From the NCBI GenBank assembly GCA_964016885.1, contig OZ024741.1:323516001-323580000 (forward strand): a DNA stretch of 64,000 bases. Direction: 5' to 3'. The notes below the pieces were generated by a model, which saw only the letters and a list, made by a program, of their open reading frames with translations, was not told where the DNA came from and ran no database searches. The position numbers and the translations under genes are program-made. The stretch's first letter is position 1. Every line of letters begins with the position of its first letter. The DNA is from Eledone cirrhosa. Taxonomy: Eukaryota. Positions 45,301 through 57,300 of the stretch are shown here, in pieces.

Positions 45301-48300
45301 TGGTGTTTTTGTGGTTATGTGGTTGGTGTTGTGTTGGTTGTGTGGTTGGTGTTGTGTTGGTTGTGTGGCTGGTGTTGTGGTGGTTATGTGGTTGTAGTTG
45401 TGTGTGGTTGTGTCGTTGGTGTTGTGGTGATTGTGTGGTTGGTGTTGTGGGTGGTTGTGTGGTTGGTGTTGTGGTGGTTATGTGGTTGGTGTTGTGTTGG
45501 TTGTGTGGTTGGTGTTGTATTGGTTGTGAGGTTGTGTGGTTGGTGTTGTGGGTGGCTATGTGGTTGGTGTTGTGGGTAGTTGTGTGGTTGTTGTTGTGTT
45601 GGTTGTGTGGTTGGTGTTGTGGGTGGTTGTGTGGTTGGTGTTGTGGTGGTTATGTGGTTGGTATTGTGGTGGTTATGTGGTTGGTGTTGTGGTGGTTATG
45701 TGGTTGGTGTTGTGGTGCTTGTGTGGTTGGTGTTGTGGTGGTTATGTGGTTGGTGTTGTGGGTGGTTGTGTGGTTGGTGTTGTGGTGGTTATGTGGTTGG
45801 TGTTGTGGGTGGTTGTGTGGTTGGTGTTATGTTGGTTGTGTGGTTGGTGTTGTGGTGGTTATGTGGTTGGGGTTGTGTTGGTTGTGTGGTTGGTGTTGTG
45901 TTGGTTGTGTGGTTGGTGTTGTGGTGGTTATGTGGTTGGTGTTGTGTTGGTTGTGTGGTTGGTGTTGTATTGGTTGTGAGGTTGTGTGGTTGGTGTTGTG
46001 GGTGGTTATGTGGTTGGTGTTGTGGTGGTTATGTGGTTGGTGTTGTGGGTGGTTGTGTGGTTGTTGTTGTGTTGGTTGTGTGGTTGGTGTTGTGGGTGGT
46101 TGTGTGGTTGGTGTTGTGATGGTTGTGTGGTTGGTATTGTGGTGGTTATGTGGTTGGTGTTGTGGAGGTTATGTAGTTGGTGTTGTGGTGGTTGTGTGGT
46201 TGGTGTTGTTGTGGTTATGTGGTTGGTGTTGTGTTGGTTGTGTGGTTGGTGTTGTGGTGGATATGTGGTTGGTGTTGTGGGTGGTTGTGTGGTTGGTGTT
46301 ATGTTGGTTGTGTGGTTGGTGTTGTAGGTGTTTGTGTGGTTAGTGTTGTGTTGGTTATGTGGTTGGTGTTGTGGTGGTTATGTGGTTGGAGTTGTGGTGG
46401 TTATATGGTTTGTGTTATTGTGGTTATGTGTTTGGTGTTGTGGTGGTTTTGTGGTTGGTGTTGTGTTGGTTGTGTGGTTGGTATTGTGGTGGTTATGTGG
46501 TTGGTGTTGTGGGTGGTTTTGTGGTTGTTGTTGTGTTGGTTGTGTGGTTGGTGTTGTGGGTAGTTGTGTGGTTGGTGTTGTGGTGGTTATGTGGTTGGTA
46601 TTGTGGTGGTTATGTGGTTGGTGTTGTGGTGGTTATGTGGTTGGTGTTGTGGTGGTTGTGTGGTTGGTGTTTTTGTGGTTATGTGGTTGGTGTTGTGTTG
46701 GTTGTGTGGTTGGTGTTGTGTTGGTTGTGTGGCTGGTGTTGTGGTGGTTATGTGGTTGTAGTTGTGTGTGGTTGTGTCGTTGGTGTTGTGGTGATTGTGT
46801 GGTTGGTGTTGTGGGTGGTTGTGTGGTTGGTGTTGTGGTGGTTATGTGGTTGGTGTTGTGTTGGTTGTGTGGTTGGTGTTGTATTGGTTGTGAGGTTGTG
46901 TGGTTGGTGTTGTGGGTGGCTATGTGGTTGGTGTTGTGGGTAGTTGTGTGGTTGTTGTTGTGTTGGTTGTGTGGTTGGTGTTGTGGGTGGTTGTGTGGTT
47001 GGTGTTGTGGTGGTTATGTGGTTGGTATTGTGGTGGTTATGTGGTTGGTGTTGTGGTGGTTATGTGGTTGGTGTTGTGGTGGTTGTGTGGTTGGTGTTGT
47101 GGTGGTTATGTGGTTGGTGTTGTGGGTGGTTGTGTGGTTGGTGTTGTGGTGGTTATGTGGTTGGTGTTGTGTTGGTTGTGTGGTTGGTGTTGTATTGGTT
47201 GTGAGGTTGTGTGGTTGGTGTTGTGGGAGGTTATGTGGTTGGTGTTGTGGGTGGTTATGTGGTTGGTGTTGTGTTGGTTGTGTGGTTGGTGTTGTGTTGG
47301 TTGTGTGGTTGGTGTTGTGGTGGTTATGTGGTTGGTGTTGTGTTGGTTGTGTGGTTGGTGTTGTATTGGTTGTGAGTTTGGTGTTGTGTTGGTTGTGTGG
47401 TTGGTGTTGTGGTGGTTATGTGGTTGGTGTTGTGGGTGGTTGTGTGGTTGGTGTTATGTTGGTTGTGTCATTGGTGTTGTAGGTGTTTGTGTGGTTAGTG
47501 TTGTGTTGGTTGTGTGGTTGGTGTTGTGGGTGGTTGTGTGGTTGGTGTTATGTTGGTTGTGTGGTTGGTGTTGTGGTGGTTATGTGGTTGGGGTTGTGTT
47601 GGTTGTGTGGTTGGTGTTGTGTTGGTTGTGTGGTTGGTGTTGTGTTGGTTGTGTAGTTGGTGTTGTGGTGGTTATGTGGTTGGTGTTTTGTGGGTGGTTG
47701 TGTGGTTGGTGTTGTGGTGGTCATGTGGTTGGTGTTGTGGGTGGTTGTGTTGTTGGTGTTGTGTTGGTTGTGCGGTTGGTGTTGTGTTGGTTGTGTGGTT
47801 GGTGTTGTGGTGGATATGTGGTTGGTGTTGTGGGTGGTTGTGTGGTTGGTGTTATGTTGGTTGTGTGGTTGGTGTTGTAGGTGTTTGTGTGGTTAGTGTT
47901 GTGTTGGTTATGTGGTTGGTGTTGTGGTGGTTATGTGGTTGGAGTTGTGGTGGTTATATGGTTGGTGTTGTGGTGGTTGTGTGGTTGGTGTTTTTGTGGT
48001 TATGTGGTTGCTGTTGTGTTGGTTGTGTGGCTGGTGTTGTGGTGGTTATGTGGTTGGTGTTGTGGGTGGTTGGTGTTGTGTTGGTTGTGTGGTTGGTGTT
48101 GTGTTGATTGTGTGGTTGGTGTTATGGTGGTTATGTGGTTGGTGTTGTGGGTGGTTGTGTGGTTGGTGTTGTGGGTGGTTGTGTGGTCGGTATTGTGTTG
48201 GTTGTGTGGTTGGTGTTGTGGTGGTTGTGTGGTTAGTGTTGTGGGTGGTTGTGTCGTTGGTGTTGTGGTGGTTGTGTGGTTGGTGTTGTATTGGTTGTGT

Positions 48301-51300
48301 GGTTGGTGTTGTGGTGGCTGTGTGCTTGGTGTTGTGGGTGGTTGTGTGGTTGCTGTTGTGGGTGGTTGTGTGGTGTGTGTTGTGTTAGTTGTGTGGTTGG
48401 TGTTGTGGTGGTTATGTGGTTGTAGTTGTGTGTGGTTGTGTCGTTGGTGTTGTGGTGATTGTGTGGTTGGTGTTGTGGGTGGTTGTGTGGTTGCTGTTGT
48501 GGTGGTTATGTGGTTGGTGTTGTGTTGGTTGTGTGGTTGGTGTTGTATTGGTTGTGAGGTTGTGTGGTTGTTGTTGTGTTGGTTGTGTGGTTGGTGTTGT
48601 GGGTGGTTGTGTGGTTGGTGTTGTGGTGGTTATGTGGTTGGTATTGTGGTGGTTATGTGGTTGGTGTTGTGGTGGTTATGCGGTTGGTGTCGTGGTGGTT
48701 GTGTGGTTGGTGTTTTGGTGGTTATGTGCTTGGTGTTGTGGGTGGTTGTGTGGTTGGTGTTGTGGTGGTTATGTGGTTGGTGTTGTGGGTGGTTGTGTGG
48801 TTGGTGTTATGTTGGTTGTGTGGTTGGTGTTGTGGTGGTTATGTGGTTGGTGTTGTGTTGGTTGTGTGGTTGGTGTTGTGTTGGTTGTGTGGATGGTGTT
48901 GTGGTGGTTATGTGGTTGGTATTGTGTTGGTTGTGTGGTTGGTGTTGTATTGGTTGTGAGGTTGTGTGGTTGGTGTTGTGGGTGTTTGTGTGGTTGGTGT
49001 TGTGGTGGATATGTGGTTGGTGTTGTGGGTGGTTGTGTGGTTGGTGTTGTGGTGGTCATGTGGTTGGTGTTGTGGGTGGTTGTGTGCATGGTGTTGTGGG
49101 TGGTTATGTTGTTGGTATTGTAGGTGTTTGCGGGGTTGTTGTGTTGGTTGTGTGGTTGGTGTTGTGGGTGGTTGTGTGGTTGGTGTTGTGGGTGGTTGTG
49201 TGGTTGGTGTTTTGGTGGTTATGTGGTTGGTGCTGTGGTGGTTATGTGCTTGGTGTTGTGGTGGTTATGTGGTTGGAGTTGTGGTGGATATGTGGTTGGT
49301 GTTGTGGGTGGTTGTGTGGTTGGTGTTGTGGTTGTTGTGTGGTTGGTGGAGTTGTGGTTGTGTGGTTGGTGTTGTGGTGGTTATGTGGTTGGTGTTGTGG
49401 TGGATATGTGGTTGGTGTTGTGGGTGGTTGTGTGGTTGGTGTTATGTTGGTTGTGTGGTTGGTGTTGTAGGTGTTTGTGTGGTTAGTGTTGTGTTGGTTA
49501 TGTGGTTGGTGTTGTGGTGGTTATGTGGTTGGAGTTGTGGTGGTTATATGGTTTGTGTTGTTGTGGTTATGTGTTTGGTGTTGTGGTGTTTATGTGGTTG
49601 GTGTTGTGTTGGTTGTGTGGTTGGTGTTGTGGTGGTTATGCGGTTGGTGTTGTGGGTGGTTTTGTGGTTGTTGTTGTGTTGGTTTTGTGGTTGGTGTCGT
49701 GGGTAGTTGTGTGGTTGGTGTTGTGGTGGTTATGTGGTTGGTATTGTGGTGGTTATGTGGTTGGTGTTGTGGTGGTTATGTGGTTGGTGTTGTGGTGGTT
49801 ATGTGGTTGGTGTTGTGGTGGTTATGTGGTTGGTGTTGTGGGTGGTTGTGTGGTTGTTGTTGTGTTGGTTGTGTGGTTGGTGTTGTGGGTGGTTGTGTGG
49901 TTGGTGTTGTGGTGGTTGTGTGGTTGGTATTGTGGTGGTTATGTGGTTGGTGTTGTGGAGGTTATGTAGTTGGTGTTGTGGTGGTTGTGTGGTTGGTGTT
50001 GTTGTGGTTATGTGGTTGGTGTTGTGTTGGTTGTGTGGTTGGTGTTGTGTTGGTTGTGTGGTTGGTGTTGTGGTGGTTATGTGGTTGCTGTTGTGGGTGG
50101 TTGTGTGGTTGGTGTTGTGGTGGTCATGTGGTTGGTGTTGTTGGTGGTTGTGTTGTTGGTGTTGTGTTGGTTTTGCGGTTGGTGTTGTGTTGGTTGTGTG
50201 GTTGGTGTTGTGGTGGATATGTGGTTGGTGTTGTGGGTGGTTGTGTGGTTGGTGTTATGTTGGTTGTGTGGTTGGTGTTGTAGGTGTTTGTGTGGTTAGT
50301 GTTGTGTTGGTTATGTGGTTGGTGTTGTGGTGGTTATGTGGTTGGAGTTGTGGTGGTTATATGGTTTGTGTTATTGTGGTTATGTGTTTGGTGTTGTGGT
50401 GGTTTTGTGGTTGGTGTTGTGTTGGTTGTGTGGTTGGTGTTGTGGTGGTTATGTGGTTGGTGTTGTGGGTGGTTTTGTGGTTGTTGTTGTGTTGGTTGTG
50501 TGGTTGGTGTTGTGGGTAGTTGTGTGGTTGGTGTTGTGGTGGTTATGTGGTTGGTATTGTGGTGGTTATGTGGTTGGTGTTGTGGTGGTTATGTGGTTGG
50601 TGTTGTGGTGGTTGTGTGGTTGGTGTTTTTGTGGTTATGTGGTTGGTGTTGTGTTGGTTGTGTGGTTGGTGTTGTGTTGGTTGTGTGGCTGGTGTTGTGG
50701 TGGTTATGTGGTTGTAGTTGTGTGTGGTTGTGTCGTTGGTGTTGTGGTGATTGTGTGGTTGGTGTTGTGGGTGGTTGTGTGGTTGGTGTTGTGGTGGTTA
50801 TGTGGTTGGTGTTGTGTTGGTTGTGTGGTTGGTGTTGTATTGGTTGTGAGGTTGTGTGGTTGGTGTTGTGGGTGGCTATGTGGTTGGTGTTGTGGGTAGT
50901 TGTGTGGTTGTTGTTGTGTTGGTTGTGTGGTTGGTGTTGTGGGTGGTTGTGTGGTTGGTGTTGTGGTGGTTATGTGGTTGGTATTGTGGTGGTTATGTGG
51001 TTGGTGTTGTGGTGGTTATGTGGTTGGTGTTGTGGTGCTTGTGTGGTTGGTGTTGTGGTGGTTATGTGGTTGGTGTTGTGGGTGGTTGTGTGGTTGGTGT
51101 TGTGGTGGTTATGTGGTTGGTGTTGTGGGTGGTTGTGTGGTTGGTGTTATGTTGGTTGTGTGGTTGGTGTTGTGGTGGTTATGTGGTTGGGGTTGTGTTG
51201 GTTGTGTGGTTGGTGTTGTGTTGGTTGTGTGGTTGGTGTTGTGGTGGTTATGTGGTTGGTGTTGTGTTGGTTGTGTGGTTGGTGTTGTATTGGTTGTGAG

Positions 51301-54300
51301 GTTGTGTGGTTGGTGTTGTGGGTGGTTATGTGGTTGGTGTTGTGGTGGTTATGTGGTTGGTGTTGTGGGTGGTTGTGTGGTTGTTGTTGTGTTGGTTGTG
51401 TGGTTGGTGTTGTGGGTGGTTGTGTGGTTGGTGTTGTGATGGTTGTGTGGTTGGTATTGTGGTGGTTATGTGGTTGGTGTTGTGGAGGTTATGTAGTTGG
51501 TGTTGTGGTGGTTGTGTGGTTGGTGTTGTTGTGGTTATGTGGTTGGTGTTGTGTTGGTTGTGTGGTTGGTGTTGTGGTGGATATGTGGTTGGTGTTGTGG
51601 GTGGTTGTGTGGTTGGTGTTATGTTGGTTGTGTGGTTGGTGTTGTAGGTGTTTGTGTGGTTAGTGTTGTGTTGGTTATGTGGTTGGTGTTGTGGTGGTTA
51701 TGTGGTTGGAGTTGTGGTGGTTATATGGTTTGTGTTATTGTGGTTATGTGTTTGGTGTTGTGGTGGTTTTGTGGTTGGTGTTGTGTTGGTTGTGTGGTTG
51801 GTATTGTGGTGGTTATGTGGTTGGTGTTGTGGGTGGTTTTGTGGTTGTTGTTGTGTTGGTTGTGTGGTTGGTGTTGTGGGTAGTTGTGTGGTTGGTGTTG
51901 TGGTGGTTATGTGGTTGGTATTGTGGTGGTTATGTGGTTGGTGTTGTGGTGGTTATGTGGTTGGTGTTGTGGTGGTTGTGTGGTTGGTGTTTTTGTGGTT
52001 ATGTGGTTGGTGTTGTGTTGGTTGTGTGGTTGGTGTTGTGTTGGTTGTGTGGCTGGTGTTGTGGTGGTTATGTGGTTGTAGTTGTGTGTGGTTGTGTCGT
52101 TGGTGTTGTGGTGATTGTGTGGTTGGTGTTGTGGGTGGTTGTGTGGTTGGTGTTGTGGTGGTTATGTGGTTGGTGTTGTGTTGGTTGTGTGGTTGGTGTT
52201 GTATTGGTTGTGAGGTTGTGTGGTTGGTGTTGTGGGTGGCTATGTGGTTGGTGTTGTGGGTAGTTGTGTGGTTGTTGTTGTGTTGGTTGTGTGGTTGGTG
52301 TTGTGGGTGGTTGTGTGGTTGGTGTTGTGGTGGTTATGTGGTTGGTATTGTGGTGGTTATGTGGTTGGTGTTGTGGTGGTTATGTGGTTGGTGTTGTGGT
52401 GGTTGTGTGGTTGGTGTTGTGGTGGTTATGTGGTTGGTGTTGTGGGTGGTTGTGTGGTTGGTGTTGTGGTGGTTATGTGGTTGGTGTTGTGTTGGTTGTG
52501 TGGTTGGTGTTGTATTGGTTGTGAGGTTGTGTGGTTGGTGTTGTGGGAGGTTATGTGGTTGGTGTTGTGGGTGGTTATGTGGTTGGTGTTGTGTTGGTTG
52601 TGTGGTTGGTGTTGTGTTGGTTGTGTGGTTGGTGTTGTGGTGGTTATGTGGTTGGTGTTGTGTTGGTTGTGTGGTTGGTGTTGTATTGGTTGTGAGTTTG
52701 GTGTTGTGTTGGTTGTGTGGTTGGTGTTGTGGTGGTTATGTGGTTGGTGTTGTGGGTGGTTGTGTGGTTGGTGTTATGTTGGTTGTGTCATTGGTGTTGT
52801 AGGTGTTTGTGTGGTTAGTGTTGTGTTGGTTGTGTGGTTGGTGTTGTGGGTGGTTGTGTGGTTGGTGTTATGTTGGTTGTGTGGTTGGTGTTGTGGTGGT
52901 TATGTGGTTGGGGTTGTGTTGGTTGTGTGGTTGGTGTTGTGTTGGTTGTGTGGTTGGTGTTGTGGTGGTTATGTGGTTGGTGTTGTGTTGGTTGTGTGGT
53001 TGGTGTTGTATTGGTTGTGAGGTTGTGTGGTTGGTGTTGTGGGTGGTTATGTGGTTGGTGTTGTGGTGGTTATGTGGTTGGTGTTGTGGGTGGTTGTGTG
53101 GTTGTTGTTGTGTTGGTTGTGTGGTTGGTGTTGTGGGTGGTTGTGTGGTTGGTGTTGTGATGGTTGTGTGGTTGGTATTGTGGTGGTTATGTGGTTGGTG
53201 TTGTGGAGGTTATGTAGTTGGTGTTGTGGTGGTTGTGTGGTTGGTGTTGTTGTGGTTATGTGGTTGGTGTTGTGTTGGTTGTGTGGTTGGTGTTGTGGTG
53301 GATATGTGGTTGGTGTTGTGGGTGGTTGTGTGGTTGGTGTTATGTTGGTTGTGTGGTTGGTGTTGTAGGTGTTTGTGTGGTTAGTGTTGTGTTGGTTATG
53401 TGGTTGGTGTTGTGGTGGTTATGTGGTTGGAGTTGTGGTGGTTATATGGTTTGTGTTATTGTGGTTATGTGTTTGGTGTTGTGGTGGTTTTGTGGTTGGT
53501 GTTGTGTTGGTTGTGTGGTTGGTATTGTGGTGGTTATGTGGTTGGTGTTGTGGGTGGTTTTGTGGTTGTTGTTGTGTTGGTTGTGTGGTTGGTGTTGTGG
53601 GTAGTTGTGTGGTTGGTGTTGTGGTGGTTATGTGGTTGGTATTGTGGTGGTTATGTGGTTGGTGTTGTGGTGGTTATGTGGTTGGTGTTGTGGTGGTTGT
53701 GTGGTTGGTGTTTTTGTGGTTATGTGGTTGGTGTTGTGTTGGTTGTGTGGTTGGTGTTGTGTTGGTTGTGTGGCTGGTGTTGTGGTGGTTATGTGGTTGT
53801 AGTTGTGTGTGGTTGTGTCGTTGGTGTTGTGGTGATTGTGTGGTTGGTGTTGTGGGTGGTTGTGTGGTTGGTGTTGTGGTGGTTATGTGGTTGGTGTTGT
53901 GTTGGTTGTGTGGTTGGTGTTGTATTGGTTGTGAGGTTGTGTGGTTGGTGTTGTGGGTGGCTATGTGGTTGGTGTTGTGGGTAGTTGTGTGGTTGTTGTT
54001 GTGTTGGTTGTGTGGTTGGTGTTGTGGGTGGTTGTGTGGTTGGTGTTGTGGTGGTTATGTGGTTGGTATTGTGGTGGTTATGTGGTTGGTGTTGTGGTGG
54101 TTATGTGGTTGGTGTTGTGGTGGTTGTGTGGTTGGTGTTGTGGTGGTTATGTGGTTGGTGTTGTGGGTGGTTGTGTGGTTGGTGTTGTGGTGGTTATGTG
54201 GTTGGTGTTGTGTTGGTTGTGTGGTTGGTGTTGTATTGGTTGTGAGGTTGTGTGGTTGGTGTTGTGGGAGGTTATGTGGTTGGTGTTGTGGGTGGTTATG

Positions 54301-57300
54301 TGGTTGGTGTTGTGTTGGTTGTGTGGTTGGTGTTGTGTTGGTTGTGTGGTTGGTGTTGTGGTGGTTATGTGGTTGGTGTTGTGTTGGTTGTGTGGTTGGT
54401 GTTGTATTGGTTGTGAGTTTGGTGTTGTGTTGGTTGTGTGGTTGGTGTTGTGGTGGTTATGTGGTTGGTGTTGTGGGTGGTTGTGTGGTTGGTGTTATGT
54501 TGGTTGTGTGGTTGGTGTTGTAGGTGTTTGTGTGGTTAGTGTTGTGTTGGTTATGTGGTTGGTGTTGTGGTGGTTATGTGGTTGGAGTTGTGGTGGTTAT
54601 ATGGTTTGTGTTATTGTGGTTATGTGTTTGGTGTTGTGGTGGTTTTGTGGTTGGTGTTGTGTTGGTTGTGTGGTTGGTATTGTGGTGGTTATGTGGTTGG
54701 TGTTGTGGGTGGTTTTGTGGTTGTTGTTGTGTTGGTTGTGTGGTTGGTGTTGTGGGTAGTTGTGTGGTTGGTGTTGTGGTGGTTATGTGGTTGGTATTGT
54801 GGTGGTTATGTGGTTGGTGTTGTGGTGGTTATGTGGTTGGTGTTGTGGTGGTTGTGTGGTTGGTGTTTTTGTGGTTATGTGGTTGGTGTTGTGTTGGTTG
54901 TGTGGTTGGTGTTGTGTTGGTTGTGTGGCTGGTGTTGTGGTGGTTATGTGGTTGTAGTTGTGTGTGGTTGTGTCGTTGGTGTTGTGGTGATTGTGTGGTT
55001 GGTGTTGTGGGTGGTTGTGTGGTTGGTGTTGTGGTGGTTATGTGGTTGGTGTTGTGTTGGTTGTGTGGTTGGTGTTGTATTGGTTGTGAGGTTGTGTGGT
55101 TGGTGTTGTGGGTGGCTATGTGGTTGGTGTTGTGGGTAGTTGTGTGGTTGTTGTTGTGTTGGTTGTGTGGTTGGTGTTGTGGGTGGTTGTGTGGTTGGTG
55201 TTGTGGTGGTTATGTGGTTGGTATTGTGGTGGTTATGTGGTTGGTGTTGTGGTGGTTATGTGGTTGGTGTTGTGGTGGTTGTGTGGTTGGTGTTGTGGTG
55301 GTTATGTGGTTGGTGTTGTGGGTGGTTGTGTGGTTGGTGTTGTGGTGGTTATGTGGTTGGTGTTGTGTTGGTTGTGTGGTTGGTGTTGTATTGGTTGTGA
55401 GGTTGTGTGGTTGGTGTTGTGGGAGGTTATGTGGTTGGTGTTGTGGGTGGTTATGTGGTTAGTGTTGTGTTGGTTGTGTGGTTGGTGTTGTGTTGGTTGT
55501 GTGGTTGGTGTTGTGGTGGTTATGTGGTTGGTGTTGTGTTGGTTGTGTGGTTGGTGTTGTATTGGTTGTGAGTTTGGTGTTGTGTTGGTTGTGTGGTTGG
55601 TGTTGTGGTGGTTATGTGGTTGGTGTTGTGGGTGGTTGTGTGGTTGGTGTTATGTTGGTTGTGTCATTGGTGTTGTAGGTGTTTGTGTGGTTAGTGTTGT
55701 GTTGGTTATGTGGTTGGTGTTGTGGTGGTTGTGTGGTTGGTGTTGTGGTGGTTATGTGGTTGGTGTTGTGTTGGTTGTGTGGTTGGTGTTGTGTTGGTTG
55801 TGTGGTTGGTGTTGTGGTGGTTATGTGGTTGGTGTTGTGTTGGTTGTGTGGTTGGTGTTGTATTGGTTGTGAGGTTGTGTGGTTGGTGTTGTGGGAGGTT
55901 ATGTGGTTGGTGTTGTGGTGGTTATGTGGTTGGTGTTGTGGGTGGTTGTGTGGTTGTTGTTGTGTTGGTTGTGTGGTTGGTGTTGTGGGTGGTTGTGTGG
56001 TTGGTGTTGTGATGGTTGTGTGGTTGGTATTGTGGTGGTTATGTGGTTGGTGTTGTGGAGGTTATGTAGTTGGTGTTGTGGTGGTTGTGTGGTTGGTGTT
56101 GTTGTAGTTATGTGGTTGGTGTTGTGTTGGTTGTGTGGTTGGTGTTGTGTTGGTTGTGTGGTTGGTGTTGTGGTGGTCATGTGGTTGGTGTTGTGTTGGT
56201 TGTGTGGTTGGTGTTGTATTGGTTGTGAGGTTGTGTGGTTGGTGTTGTGGGTGGTTATGTGGTTGGTGTTGTGGTGGTTATGTGGTTGGTGTTGTGGGTG
56301 GTTGTGTGGTTGGTGTTGTGGTGGTTATGTGGTTGGTGTTGTGGGTGGTTGTGTTGTTGATGTTGTGTTGCTTGTGTGGTTGGTGTTGTGTTGGTTGTGT
56401 GGTTGGTGTTGTGGTGGTTATGTGGTTGGTGTTGTGGGTGGTTGTGTGGTTGGTGTTATGTTGGTTGTGTCATTGGTGTTGTAGGTGTTTGTGTGGTTAG
56501 TGTTGTGTTGGTTATGTGGTTGGTGTTGTGGTGGTTATGTGGTTGGAGTTGTGGTGGTTATATGGTTGGTGTTGTTGTGGTTATGTGTTTGGTGTTGTGG
56601 TGATTATGTGGTTGGTGTTGTGTTGGTTGCGTGGTTGGTGTTGTATTGGTTGTGAGGTTGTGTGGTTGGTGTTGTGGGTGGTTATGTGGTTGGTGTTGTG
56701 GTGGTTATGTGGTTGGTGTTGTGGGTGGTTTTGTGGTTGTTGTTGTGTTGGTTGTGTGGTTGGTGTTGTGGGTAGTTGTGTGGTTGGTGTTGTGGTGGTT
56801 ATGTGGTTGGTATTGTGGTGGTTATGTGGTTGGTGTTGTGGTGGTTATGTGGTTGGTGTTGTGGTGGTTGTGTGGTTGGTGTTTTTGTGGTTATGTGGTT
56901 GGTGTTGTGTTGGTTGTGTGGTTGCTGTTGTCTTGGTTGTGTGGCTGGTGTTGTGGTGGTTATGTGTTTGGTGTTGTGGGTGGTTGTGTGGTTTGTGTTG
57001 TGGTTGTTATGTGGTTGGTGTTTGTGGGTGGTTGTGTGGTTGGTGTTGTGGTGGTTATGTGGTTGGTGTTGTGGGTGGTTGGTGTTGTGTTGGTTGTGTG
57101 GTTGGTGTTGTGTTGATTGTGTGGTTGGTGTTATGGTGGTTATGTGGTTGGTGTTGTGGGTGGTTGTGTGGTTGGTGTTGTGGGTGGTTGTGTGGTCGGT
57201 ATTGTGTTGGTTGTGTGGTTGGTGTTGTGGTGGTTGTGTGGTTGGTGTTGTGTTGGTTGTGTGGTTAGTGTTGTGGGTGGTTGTGTCGTTGGTGTTGTGG

